A model generated the notes under the pieces. That model was not told the DNA's origin. It was given only the letters and a program-made list of their open reading frames with translations, and searched no databases. From an uncultured Dehalococcoidales bacterium (GTDB taxonomy: Bacteria > Chloroflexota > Dehalococcoidia > GIF9 > UBA5629), in contig CAYVBI010000004.1 in NCBI GenBank assembly GCA_964448985.1, positions 1-36,033 on the forward strand: a stretch of DNA of 36,033 nt. The letters run 5' to 3'. The position numbers and the translations under genes are program-made. Shown here one piece after another: positions 25,814 to 34,910 of this stretch. How positions within the stretch are numbered: position 1 is the stretch's first letter; every line of letters begins with the position of its first letter.

Positions 25814-28204
25814 TCAATGGCCCTGTATCAACAGCACCTGGGCCCCGCCGTCGTTATAGATCCTGTTGCTTTGATCGATGGTCCCGGCCAGCCCCGGGAT
25901 GTCGGCAAACGCCATATGCTTACGCAGGCCGGTTGAAACCGAGAAGGTGAACGCCTCCCGGCCGACATTGACGCTGTCTAAATACATATAGCTGCCATTC
26001 TGAAGGTACTTGGCATCGTAGGGCAGCTCCAGCAAGGATCCGGGGAATCCATAAAACTGCAAAAGATTGGTTGCATGACGATCAGCATAGGCGTTTGTCA
26101 GGTTATCGGATTTCTGGCTGGCCCATTGTGCGGCAGTGCCGTCCCTTGCATACAACACGCCGGCGAGGTCGAGCCGGTAACTGCTTAAGGCTATTGAGTA
26201 TGGAAGCTCAACTTTATCAGTCACGTTTTGCCCGGTAACTTCGTAAATGAATCCGGATGTGAACAGGAAGTAGGGAATCAGCACGGCCAGAGTGACGAAT
26301 CTGAGGCCGCCCGAACTATCGTCGAATCGTGTTATGCCGGATGGGGCCGGCAAACCCGATCCCCGGCTGCCGGCGATCGCCCGTTTTATCCTTTGCCAGA
26401 CGGATACGGCGCCCAGCCAGAGAGCCTCGCCTCCCAGTATACAGAATGGGGCCAGCGTCATGAGGGCAATATGGTATAGCCTGGTGATATTCAAATAATC
26501 TGCCAGACGCGGCATTATTATAGAGGCCAGGATTAGAAATATAGCAGCCAGGCTCAAAGATAGAAATTCCATTGTAAATTTCAACTTCCTGGGACGCAGT
26601 ATCGTATAAAGAAAGCCGATAATCAGCAGAAGCTGGGTTATATATTGCAGGATCCTGAATCCCTTGCCCGGCGGCGACGCATCGGGAAAATCAAGCCCCA
26701 CAGCCGTCCGGATTAAACCATCGCGATTATTTAATTGAAAGGGAGCCGGTGTTTGGGACGATACCGGGGACGATGCCTGCAAATCCAAACCCGGCACAAC
26801 TTTACTTATCTGCGTAATGATTATTTGAGTTTGCTCGGTCCACATGCGGTCGAACGTGCGGGCAATCAGTGCTGAGCCTATGAAACCGTACCAGAATGCG
26901 CCGGCGATAAAGTAAACGGCTACAAATATCACCGTTGCCTTTGTCCTGAGGGATCCGGCCTGATTCATCCCGGCGTTTGTACTACTCTGTTGCCCGGTCA
27001 GGCGCCTCCATATCCTTTGAAATAAGTTGCTCCCGATAAAAAGCACAATCAACAGCAAAAGGACGGCATATACAAAGCCGATGAAACCCAGGGCGTAATG
27101 CGATACCACTATCCCTGCGGCAAAAATACATAAGAGCGAGAGTTTCTGGAAGGGCTTTAACTTTCTATCTACCAGCAGCAGTATTACCAGGGCCAGGAAA
27201 AGCTCGGCTATCTGCTGGCGGCAAAGGGCGATCATCTCCATTGAGAAAGTGGGCACGGAAATAAAGAAAAATACGGACAGCAAGGCTCTTTTGGGACCGA
27301 TCTGCCGGCTGAAGGCTTCGAATAGGATGAGAGGGACCAGCGCGAAAATAAAGGGGTACACAGCCTTAAACAGCCAGCTGCCGTCTATGCCCAGAAATAG
27401 TGAGTAAACCGGCGCCATTATGGTTATGCTCAGGCACGAGTTGACCGTGCTGGGGATTGCGGCATCCCAGAAGCCGGTGTCCGCTGCCAGACGGTAAAAC
27501 TGATACTCGGTATAGATGTCGCTGCCGATGGGATAGGGCGACATCAGCGTGGTCTGGTAGAGAAGGCAGAGTCCGATCGTGAATATGGTCAGCGGATAGA
27601 GCGCAGGCGTGATAAATTTGCCGAAAGCAGCGAGCCCGATAACCGCTGCGATGCCTATCAGGCAGATGAGCAGCAGTATATTACTCTGGAAACAATCGAC
27701 CAGAGTGACTCCGAGCACGGTAAGGGCCACGAGAAGAATGAGTGACAACACCGGCACAAGGGGTATTTTCGATACAGGTAATGTCGTCGCAGGGGGCATA
27801 AAGCTTTTATCGCGCACCCAGGCAAATATCATCAATATTACAACCAGGGACCCAATAGCGATTGTGACAGGCAGCAATGAAAGCGGCCGTTGGATACCGA
27901 CTACAGGCAGTATGAGATTAATCAGGGCGCCGCTTAACAAAACGAATGCGATGCTCAAGCCTGTCGAATATACCAGACTATTGAGAGTGGTGATGCTGTG
28001 AATTCTGAATATGCGAAGTATTAAAACGCCTGGTATGAAGGCCAGGAAGATGAATCCCGCGATCTGCCTCAGAACCGGTATATCCAAGCCGGCATAGGTG
28101 AGGCCGGTCAATACGGCCATAAGCGCCCATAAGACGGCAGAGACTGTCAGGAGCCTCCGGATCGGCCAGTCGTTAATCGGACTCGTTAAATACCTTGCGA
28201 CCAT
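25814..28204 (-). CDS. DUF2206-family polytopic membrane protein, possible GT-C fold
   Basis: About 800 aa with many TM helices; motifs INDW, LRQIAGFIFLAFIPG, YSTGLS, GSDIYTEY, RQQIAELF, VSHY, RLYHIAL, LAPFCILG, FLFTSGF, NRIYNDG. Start is ATG 28204 or 28225; both overlap the upstream methyltransferase. Confidence 0.8.
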   Translation of the reverse strand: MVARYLTSPINDWPIRRLLTVSAVLWALMAVLTGLTYAGLDIPVLRQIAGFIFLAFIPGVLILRIFRIHSITTLNSLVYSTGLSIAFVLLSGALINLILPVVGIQRPLSLLPVTIAIGSLVVILMIFAWVRDKSFMPPATTLPVSKIPLVPVLSLILLVALTVLGVTLVDCFQSNILLLICLIGIAAVIGLAAFGKFITPALYPLTIFTIGLCLLYQTTLMSPYPIGSDIYTEYQFYRLAADTGFWDAAIPSTVNSCLSITIMAPVYSLFLGIDGSWLFKAVYPFIFALVPLILFEAFSRQIGPKRALLSVFFFISVPTFSMEMIALCRQQIAELFLALVILLLVDRKLKPFQKLSLLCIFAAGIVVSHYALGFIGFVYAVLLLLIVLFIGSNLFQRIWRRLTGQQSSTNAGMNQAGSLRTKATVIFVAVYFIAGAFWYGFIGSALIARTFDRMWTEQTQIIITQISKVVPGLDLQASSPVSSQTPAPFQLNNRDGLIRTAVGLDFPDASPPGKGFRILQYITQLLLIIGFLYTILRPRKLKFTMEFLSLSLAAIFLILASIIMPRLADYLNITRLYHIALMTLAPFCILGGEALWLGAVSVWQRIKRAIAGSRGSGLPAPSGITRFDDSSGGLRFVTLAVLIPYFLFTSGFIYEVTGQNVTDKVELPYSIALSSYRLDLAGVLYARDGTAAQWASQKSDNLTNAYADRHATNLLQFYGFPGSLLELPYDAKYLQNGSYMYLDSVNVGREAFTFSVSTGLRKHMAFADIPGLAGTIDQSNRIYNDGGAQVLLIQGH

Positions 28205-28931
28205 AAATAATCTCAAACCATCCAAAGAGGTTGTACGGTTTTTTCAGCCGTATGCCGTCATCATGATCGTAGATAAACCTGGAAATCGACAGGGGAAAGC
28301 GGTTCCATACGTAAGACGAGGCAACGTACCTGGCGTCTTCCAATCCCGCATCGCGAAAAACATTTCTGAGGTGGATCGGCGATAGTGCTCTTTCATGCGG
28401 CACCAAACCGGTGATCCCCGGCTTGATGCTGTTGAATATATTCATCAGCAGGCCGGAGTGGTTAAATACGTTTGGTTCCAGGGCAATAACCCAACCCCCC
28501 GCTTTTGTAACGCGCACGAATTCATTCACATAATTGATTAAATCGCCCTGCCCTACCAGGTGGTGAAGCAGTCCCGAGCACATGATGTAGTCGAAGCTGC
28601 AATCGGGAAACGGCAGGTTGCCCGTATCAGCCAGTATGCCTTCGAAACCTTTTGCTCTGAATTTCTTGAGGGCGTTTTCCGATATGTCTATACCGGTTAT
28701 GTGTGTCGAGGCTTTTTGCACATGTACCGCGTCTTCACCGTCGCCACATCCAACCTCAAGGATGAGCGAACTGCTGATACATCCCAGTTCCAGTAGCGTA
28801 TCGTATAATCTGGAGCGCACGGCGCTGTGTGCGAATAGATGCCTGGCAGGCATAGATTTAGATTTTGTATCATCCGGTCCCCATTTTTCCCACCATTTCC
28901 TTTCTTCCTCCAACGGATCACGTTTCACCAT
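28173..28931 (-). CDS. Class I SAM-dependent methyltransferase
   Basis: Motifs ILEVGCGDG, GIDIS, LPFPDCSFD, LLHH, RVTKAGG, LEPN. Confidence 0.9.
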   Translation of the reverse strand: MVKRDPLEEERKWWEKWGPDDTKSKSMPARHLFAHSAVRSRLYDTLLELGCISSSLILEVGCGDGEDAVHVQKASTHITGIDISENALKKFRAKGFEGILADTGNLPFPDCSFDYIMCSGLLHHLVGQGDLINYVNEFVRVTKAGGWVIALEPNVFNHSGLLMNIFNSIKPGITGLVPHERALSPIHLRNVFRDAGLEDARYVASSYVWNRFPLSISRFIYDHDDGIRLKKPYNLFGWFEIIYGRKVFNESD

Positions 28932-28979
28932 ATCAGCTTCCTTTTCTGCGGACAGTCCTCTTAATTTGTCGTCTATCGT

Positions 28980-30005
28980 CTAATACGGCCCCGGATTTCT
29001 GCGGCTGCCCAGCTGGCCCGCAACCTTTTTTTCATCTGACGATCTGAAATAACCTGCGATTTTGTATATAAGCGGCGTTAAAGCAGAGTCCATTACTATT
29101 TTGGCTACCAGGCCGCTGTGGAACAGCAGGCCGGAGGCCCTGTCGATCAGAGTACGCTCAATACGAAATTGACGCCTGTATTTGTTCCAATCCGTATTTA
29201 TCTCTATGTCGGCCGGGGCCAGCGGGCCGAGCCCCGCCTTCTCCGCCACGACCAGGTGTTTTATGCTGCGAGGGGAAAATCCCATGATCATTGCTCCCAG
29301 CGCATCGGCAGCCACGGTATTATCGGAAACTAAAAGCATATCTGTTTTCACCGCTTCCCCGTACATGGGGCCGTGTTTATCCAGCGAGTACAATCCATCC
29401 ATTATCACTATGCGTGGCTTGAGCTGGCCGGCGATAAGTGCAAGTTTATGCGAAAGGTCCTGATGCAATAGACATCTCATCGTATCCGGGATGCAGCCCC
29501 AGGAATTTTTCAGGCTCAGTGTTACAGTGGTCATGGCATGGACTTTAAATACGGGCACCGAGATGAAGCAGTCCGTATCATGTAACAGCAGGTCGGGCAA
29601 CCGGACCTTGACTCTTTTACCCAGAATAGTCGATTCGACGATTGACGAGGGCATTCTGGACAGGCTTACCACTTCGGCGCCGGTCTCTTTGCATATATCG
29701 TAAATGCCGTGGCCTTCGAAGGCCTCTTCCGCGGTGAATGCGTGATTGGCGCCGTCCGACTCCCCGAGGATCACCCGGCCCGCTTTCCCCTTCAGCAACC
29801 GCAGCAGGCTGAGTAACAGCTCCGGCGAAGTGGTAACACCCTCTATATGGCGGGGAAAGGTAAAATTGGGCTTTATGAAAACCGTGGATTTATTGTTTAC
29901 GTAACGGTCCCATTCTATGTATTGCAGGCCGCGTTCCAGCGACGCTTTCATATCGTCGCCGGCGCTATCCAGGAAGACGCGGCATTTAACCTTATTCACC
30001 GACAT
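28980..30005 (-). CDS. DUF362-domain protein
   Basis: Motifs VFIKPN, GVTTSP, GES, ISVPVFKVH, TLSLKNSWG, H, IMDGL, GP..G, VAADA; no ferredoxin-type CxxCxxC at the C-terminus. Confidence 0.82.
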   Translation of the reverse strand: MSVNKVKCRVFLDSAGDDMKASLERGLQYIEWDRYVNNKSTVFIKPNFTFPRHIEGVTTSPELLLSLLRLLKGKAGRVILGESDGANHAFTAEEAFEGHGIYDICKETGAEVVSLSRMPSSIVESTILGKRVKVRLPDLLLHDTDCFISVPVFKVHAMTTVTLSLKNSWGCIPDTMRCLLHQDLSHKLALIAGQLKPRIVIMDGLYSLDKHGPMYGEAVKTDMLLVSDNTVAADALGAMIMGFSPRSIKHLVVAEKAGLGPLAPADIEINTDWNKYRRQFRIERTLIDRASGLLFHSGLVAKIVMDSALTPLIYKIAGYFRSSDEKKVAGQLGSRRNPGPY

Positions 30006-30088
30006 AATCAATAGTTGAACCTGCAGTCAATATCATTATAACTGGAAAGCAAATGAGGCCGTACTTTTATCAACAGGAATCGGTGGTC

Positions 30089-31255
30089 CTACTTGAGGCC
30101 TTTGACCATATCGATCAACTGGGCTGCCCTGTGCCTGAAAGTATGTTCTTTCAATATACGTGCCCTCGCGCTGCTGCCTGCCCTTTCCCTTTCGTCCTTA
30201 TCGGCCAGCAGCTTCCGATATAATTCAATTGCCTGACCGGCGCTCTCTACCACGTACATTTCCTTTCCTATGTCAAACCACTGTTCGATGCCGTTATACG
30301 GTTGGGAAACGATACAGCAGCCGAATGCGGCCAGTTCAAACGGCCTTGAGGTCGAGGAGGCGAAAACGCTGGTGTGCGACCATCTGGTGATATTGAGGTT
30401 GATCTTGCTGCGGCAGCAGAATTGCCTCCACTGGCTGTAGGAAAGATCACCGAGCATCTTTGCCGCGCCTAAATCAATACCGAAATTTCCGCCGGCGACT
30501 GCGAAACTCACATCCGGCATCTCCCGGCTGGGTATGGTGATCATTTTCTCCATCCATTCCTCGCGGAAGTCGCTGCCGTAGCCGAAAAACGCTATGTCGA
30601 TATCCTTTTCAACCTCAGCGGGGGTCACCAGGTCGGGATCGATACCGTAATATAGGGCATGGACATTCCGTGCGCCAAGTTTTTCCAGGTCGGGTATGAC
30701 TCCCGCAGAGTTGGTTAAAAAGGCGTCATATTCGGTGAGGTCGGCCCCCTCGTAATAGTTGAATTTGAAGCCCCGGCTGATAGTGTATTTGGGCAGGATG
30801 GTGGGCATGTCGCCGTCATAGTAAACGACCGGGATGCCGAACTCCTTCTTGACGGCGGCGGGAATGCCGGTTATATGGTTGAGAGGTATACTCATCAGGA
30901 AAAGAAGGTCGAAGTCGGTTTCCTTCGTCAGTATTTGCCGCAGATGCCTCGCCCATTTCGGCCTGACATAGTGCTTGATCAGCTGGTCGGCGATGGGCGA
31001 AATCACGGTTTTCTGGCTGGGCGATTTACCACGGCGCTTACGGCTTTCCAGGAATGAGTTATACATGACGCTTTCGCGCGCGCATGGATTGTCGTATGTC
31101 TTCCACCACAGGCTCTCCACAGGTATGCCCATATACGGGATGACGGTGATTTCGTTGCCTTCTTCATAGAGGGCTTTTAAAAGCTGCCACCAGGCCGGGG
31201 TGCATCCCATCTTGTTCTTAAGGTCGATAGTGGAGGCCATGACCAGGATTTTCAT
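30089..31255 (-). CDS. CgeB / Glyco_trans_1_2-like glycosyltransferase
   Basis: Motifs YYDGD, YGIDPD, DIAFFG, SKINLNI, RPFELAAFG, ARILKEHTFRHRA. Confidence 0.82.
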   Translation of the reverse strand: MKILVMASTIDLKNKMGCTPAWWQLLKALYEEGNEITVIPYMGIPVESLWWKTYDNPCARESVMYNSFLESRKRRGKSPSQKTVISPIADQLIKHYVRPKWARHLRQILTKETDFDLLFLMSIPLNHITGIPAAVKKEFGIPVVYYDGDMPTILPKYTISRGFKFNYYEGADLTEYDAFLTNSAGVIPDLEKLGARNVHALYYGIDPDLVTPAEVEKDIDIAFFGYGSDFREEWMEKMITIPSREMPDVSFAVAGGNFGIDLGAAKMLGDLSYSQWRQFCCRSKINLNITRWSHTSVFASSTSRPFELAAFGCCIVSQPYNGIEQWFDIGKEMYVVESAGQAIELYRKLLADKDERERAGSSARARILKEHTFRHRAAQLIDMVKGLK

Positions 31256-31300
31256 ATGTTTCCTCTCAGACCGGGCGCGCCATACTTATAGCGAACGATT

Positions 31301-32293
31301 CTAAATATTTTCAAGCTCCGCAAATCTGTCTTTGGCCCAGTCGTACGTGCTTTTCAATCCCTCTTCAAGGCTCACGCGCGGTTCCCAGTTTAAGACTTTT
31401 TTAACCAGGGTCAGGTCGGCATTTCTGCCCCTGACGCCCTGCGGTTTGGATAGATCGTGTTTGATCTCGATCTTTTTTCCCGAAATTTTGATCGTCATCT
31501 CGGCGAGTTCATCGATGGTCACCATCTGGTCGGAGCCGATATTTATCGACCCCGTGTAATCTGAGTCCATCAATCTCAGCACAGCCTCGATACAATCATC
31601 GATATACAGAAAGCTTCTGGTCTGTTTGCCGTCTCCCCAGACCACATAATCCTGCTCGGGATATTTAATAGCCTTCATAATCAGGTGACAGGGCGCCTTG
31701 CCCTTCTGTTTATCAAATGCGGTATAAACTTCTCCGTAGATATTGTGGAACCGGGCGATCTTTATATTCATACCATAGTCGGTGCGGTAGGCCTCGCACA
31801 GTTTCTCTGTGAATATTTTTTCCCATCCGTAAAACTGGTCAGGATCGGCAGGGTAAGCGTCGTCCTCCTTGAGCGGCGTCACTTTCGCGTCTTTCTGGAG
31901 GTACTCGGGGTAAACGCATGCCGATGAGCTGTAGAAATATTTGATCACCTTGTTTTCGTGGGCGGACTGCAGCATATTGGTGTTGATCAATATGTTATCC
32001 CGCATGATATCCGCTCCGATGCTGGTGATGTATCCTATGCCGCCCATGTTGGCCGCAAACTGGAAAACGTAATCAACCCCCTTAGTCAACTTCAGGCAAT
32101 TCTTCTTGTCCCGCAGGTCTTCCTTGTGGAAATCGATTTTGTTCTTGATGTCCTTGATGTTGTTGAGAGATCCGCTGGAAAGATCATCCGCAACCCTCAC
32201 CCTGGCGCTCCTTTTTAAGAGGGTCCTGGCCATATGTGAACCTATCAGGCCGGCCCCACCCGCCACTAATACTTTGCTATTGGTCCAATCCAC
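31301..32293 (-). CDS. GDP-mannose 3,5-epimerase-like extended SDR
   Basis: Motifs GGAGLIGSH, FAANMGGIGYI, YSSSACVYPE, YGWEK, RFHNIYG, KAP, WGDGKQTRSFLYIDDC, PQGVRGRNAD. GTG start with AAGGAGG RBS. Confidence 0.85.
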   Translation of the reverse strand: MDWTNSKVLVAGGAGLIGSHMARTLLKRSARVRVADDLSSGSLNNIKDIKNKIDFHKEDLRDKKNCLKLTKGVDYVFQFAANMGGIGYITSIGADIMRDNILINTNMLQSAHENKVIKYFYSSSACVYPEYLQKDAKVTPLKEDDAYPADPDQFYGWEKIFTEKLCEAYRTDYGMNIKIARFHNIYGEVYTAFDKQKGKAPCHLIMKAIKYPEQDYVVWGDGKQTRSFLYIDDCIEAVLRLMDSDYTGSINIGSDQMVTIDELAEMTIKISGKKIEIKHDLSKPQGVRGRNADLTLVKKVLNWEPRVSLEEGLKSTYDWAKDRFAELENI

Positions 32294-32428
32294 AGGTATC
32301 CTCCTTTTAGTACGGCATCAGCAAGTACATCGCGTTATACATTAGGGTAACCCATAAAAAGCCCGGGGAATATGGCTTGAGCTGATCTGCAGGCATTGCC
32401 TGATGTGTAAACAGATAACCGGGAATAA

Positions 32429-33124
32429 TTATAGCACAGGTTTTTGCCTGCATAGTTCAACTGCGGTGCGTAGCTGTATCACGCTCCAGGCAACTCCCAG
32501 CCCATGCGTGATCGGATTCATGGTTGAGCTCCCGGAGTGATATAAGCAGGAGGCCGGGACCTCGACGATTTTCAGCCCTTTTTTCCTGGCTTTGACCAGC
32601 ACTTCAATACTGAAGCCAAAATCCGCGCGGGCGATGTCGATCGTTTCCAGCAGCCTGCGGCTGTAAGAGCGAAAACAACTCTGGGAATCAGTGATTTTAT
32701 TCTTTGAGCCGATGTTATACAGCCAGGTAATAATATAGATACCCAGATTGCGGTAGGGGGGCATATTGGTTGAGGGATTAACGAAGCGCGATCCGATTGC
32801 CAGGTCGGCCTCTCCACGCAGCACGGGAGCGATCACAGTGGGAATCTCCGCCGCATCGTGCTGCCCATCACCGTCAAGCGTTACCACTATATCGGCTCCC
32901 GCCTTGAGGGCAGCCAGGAAACCGGTGCGTGTCGCCGCGCCTGCGCCGCGCCGTTTCTCGTGCCTGATCACATCCGCGCCCGCCTGACGGGCGACTTCTC
33001 CGGTGCGGTCGCCGGAGCCATCGTCGATGACGATCACTTTATCAACGAGCTTTACCGCTTTGCCGACGATGTCTCCTATGAAGGTTGCTTCATCCAGGCA
33101 GGGGATGACGGCGATTATTTTCAT
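32429..33124 (-). CDS. GT2 polyprenol-phosphate glycosyltransferase (DPM1/AglJ-like)
   Basis: Motifs VIPCLDE, VIDDGSGD, GAGAA, VTLDGDGQH, IGSRF, TDSQSCFR, VEVP; no C-terminal TM helices. Confidence 0.88.
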   Translation of the reverse strand: MKIIAVIPCLDEATFIGDIVGKAVKLVDKVIVIDDGSGDRTGEVARQAGADVIRHEKRRGAGAATRTGFLAALKAGADIVVTLDGDGQHDAAEIPTVIAPVLRGEADLAIGSRFVNPSTNMPPYRNLGIYIITWLYNIGSKNKITDSQSCFRSYSRRLLETIDIARADFGFSIEVLVKARKKGLKIVEVPASCLYHSGSSTMNPITHGLGVAWSVIQLRTAVELCRQKPVL

Positions 33125-33129
33125 TCAGG

Positions 33130-34908
33130 CTACCTGACGGTGACCGATTTGGCCAGGTTGCGCGGCATGTCGGGATTGCGGCCCCGCCTGGTGGCCATGT
33201 GGTAGGCCAGCAGTTGCAGCGGCACAACGGATACCATGGGGTAGAGCAGGTCGTGCACCTTCGGGATCCTGATCCAGTGGTCATAGACCTCGTTGTTGAC
33301 ATCGGAGACAGCTATTATTTTGGCCCCCCTGGCCTTGGCCTCAATGGCATTGCCCAGCGTCTCTTTGTACGTAAAATCACTGGGACAAATCACCAGCACG
33401 GGCGTGCCCTCCTCGATCAGCGAGAGTGTGCCGTGTTTCAGCTCGCCGGCGGGCATGCCCTCGGCATGGATATAGGAGATCTCCTTCAGCTTCAATGCCC
33501 CCTCCGAGGCTATGGCGAAGTTGATGCCCCGGGCGATGTAGTAGAAATCGTTCTTATCGTGGTATTCCTGCGTGATCCTGGTTATCTCGTCATTGTTCCA
33601 GTCGATGGCCCTGGCGACCTGCCGGCTGACCTTGCGTATATTGTCGACCGCCATATCGAACGAATGCACCATGGAAAATGCCAGCAGATAAAAGATGGCC
33701 AGCTGGTTGAGGAACGACTTGGTGGCGGCCACGCCGATCTCGGGACCGCAGTTCAGGTACAGGACATTGTGGCTGAGCTCACCCAGCAGCGACTGCGGCC
33801 TGTTTATGATTGAGACTATTCTGGCGCCCGCTTTGCGTGCCAGCTCTACGCCGTCGATCACGTCGAGGGTCTCGCCGCTCTGCGATATGGCCAGCACCAG
33901 GGTGTTCCTGCTCACGGATTCGGCGAAGTACTGGAACTCGGAAGCCATGACCACCTCGCAGAATTTTTTACCGACGCTCGAGAAGAGGTAGCGTCCCACC
34001 AGGGCGGCGTAACGCGATGAACCGCAGGCGGTGACTATGACCTGGTCGGCCCTCAGCACATCCAGCGCCACCGCTGTGAAAACGTCCTTGTCCTGGTGCG
34101 TTGCAGATATGAGTGTCTCGGGCTGCTCCATGATCTCTTTGAGCATGAAGTACTCGTACCCTTCCTTATTGTTGTCGTTCCAGACTGCATCCGGCTTAGA
34201 CGCCTTCTTGCTGATCGGTCTCCCGGTGGAGTCGAAGAAAACTGTTTTATCTGCGGTAAGAACCACTATTTCGCGCTCGCCCAGCATGTAAAGCTGGTCT
34301 ATCTGTCCGGCCAGCGCCATTGAGTCGCTGGCTGCGAAGGCCTTATTTTTGCCCAGGCCGACTATCAGAGGACTGCCCTTGCGGGTGCCTACGACCTTGC
34401 CGGGCTCCTCTGTGCTGATCGTGAGAAAGGCGTATGAGCCCTCCAGCCTGGGCGCCACCGCCATCACCGCCTCCTCGAGCGAGCGGCCGCGTTTCATCTC
34501 GTCTTCCAGCATGTGAGGGATGACCTCTGTATCGGTCTCGGAGATAAAGCGGTGTTTGTGCTTGATCAGGTCCTTGCGCAGCTCCTGGTAGTTATCTACG
34601 ATGCCGTTGTGTATCACTGCAATCTTGTTGCTGCAATCGCAGTGTGGGTGTGTGTTGACCTGGGTCACACCGCCATGTGTGGCCCAGCGCGTGTGTCCGA
34701 TGCCTACGCTGCCCGGCATCCTGTCCAGCCGGTATTTCCGGTTTACCTCCTCCAGCCTGCCCACTCCCTTCTTCACCACCAGCTTGCCGTCGTATATCAT
34801 GGCCACGCCCGATGAATCGTAGCCGCGGTATTCCATGCGCTTGAGGTCTTCAAAGATTACCGCCGCAGCCTTGCCGTTCTTGCTGCAATACCCTATGATT
34901 CCACACAT
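33130..34908 (-). CDS. glmS: Glutamine--fructose-6-phosphate aminotransferase (isomerizing)
   Basis: Motifs MCGIIG, EYRGYDS, GHTRWATHG, HNGIVDN, SETDTE, SQSGET, GVAATKS, EGALKLKEISY, ELKHG, PRNLAKSVTV. Confidence 0.97.
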   Translation of the reverse strand: MCGIIGYCSKNGKAAAVIFEDLKRMEYRGYDSSGVAMIYDGKLVVKKGVGRLEEVNRKYRLDRMPGSVGIGHTRWATHGGVTQVNTHPHCDCSNKIAVIHNGIVDNYQELRKDLIKHKHRFISETDTEVIPHMLEDEMKRGRSLEEAVMAVAPRLEGSYAFLTISTEEPGKVVGTRKGSPLIVGLGKNKAFAASDSMALAGQIDQLYMLGEREIVVLTADKTVFFDSTGRPISKKASKPDAVWNDNNKEGYEYFMLKEIMEQPETLISATHQDKDVFTAVALDVLRADQVIVTACGSSRYAALVGRYLFSSVGKKFCEVVMASEFQYFAESVSRNTLVLAISQSGETLDVIDGVELARKAGARIVSIINRPQSLLGELSHNVLYLNCGPEIGVAATKSFLNQLAIFYLLAFSMVHSFDMAVDNIRKVSRQVARAIDWNNDEITRITQEYHDKNDFYYIARGINFAIASEGALKLKEISYIHAEGMPAGELKHGTLSLIEEGTPVLVICPSDFTYKETLGNAIEAKARGAKIIAVSDVNNEVYDHWIRIPKVHDLLYPMVSVVPLQLLAYHMATRRGRNPDMPRNLAKSVTVR

Positions 34909-34910
34909 TT

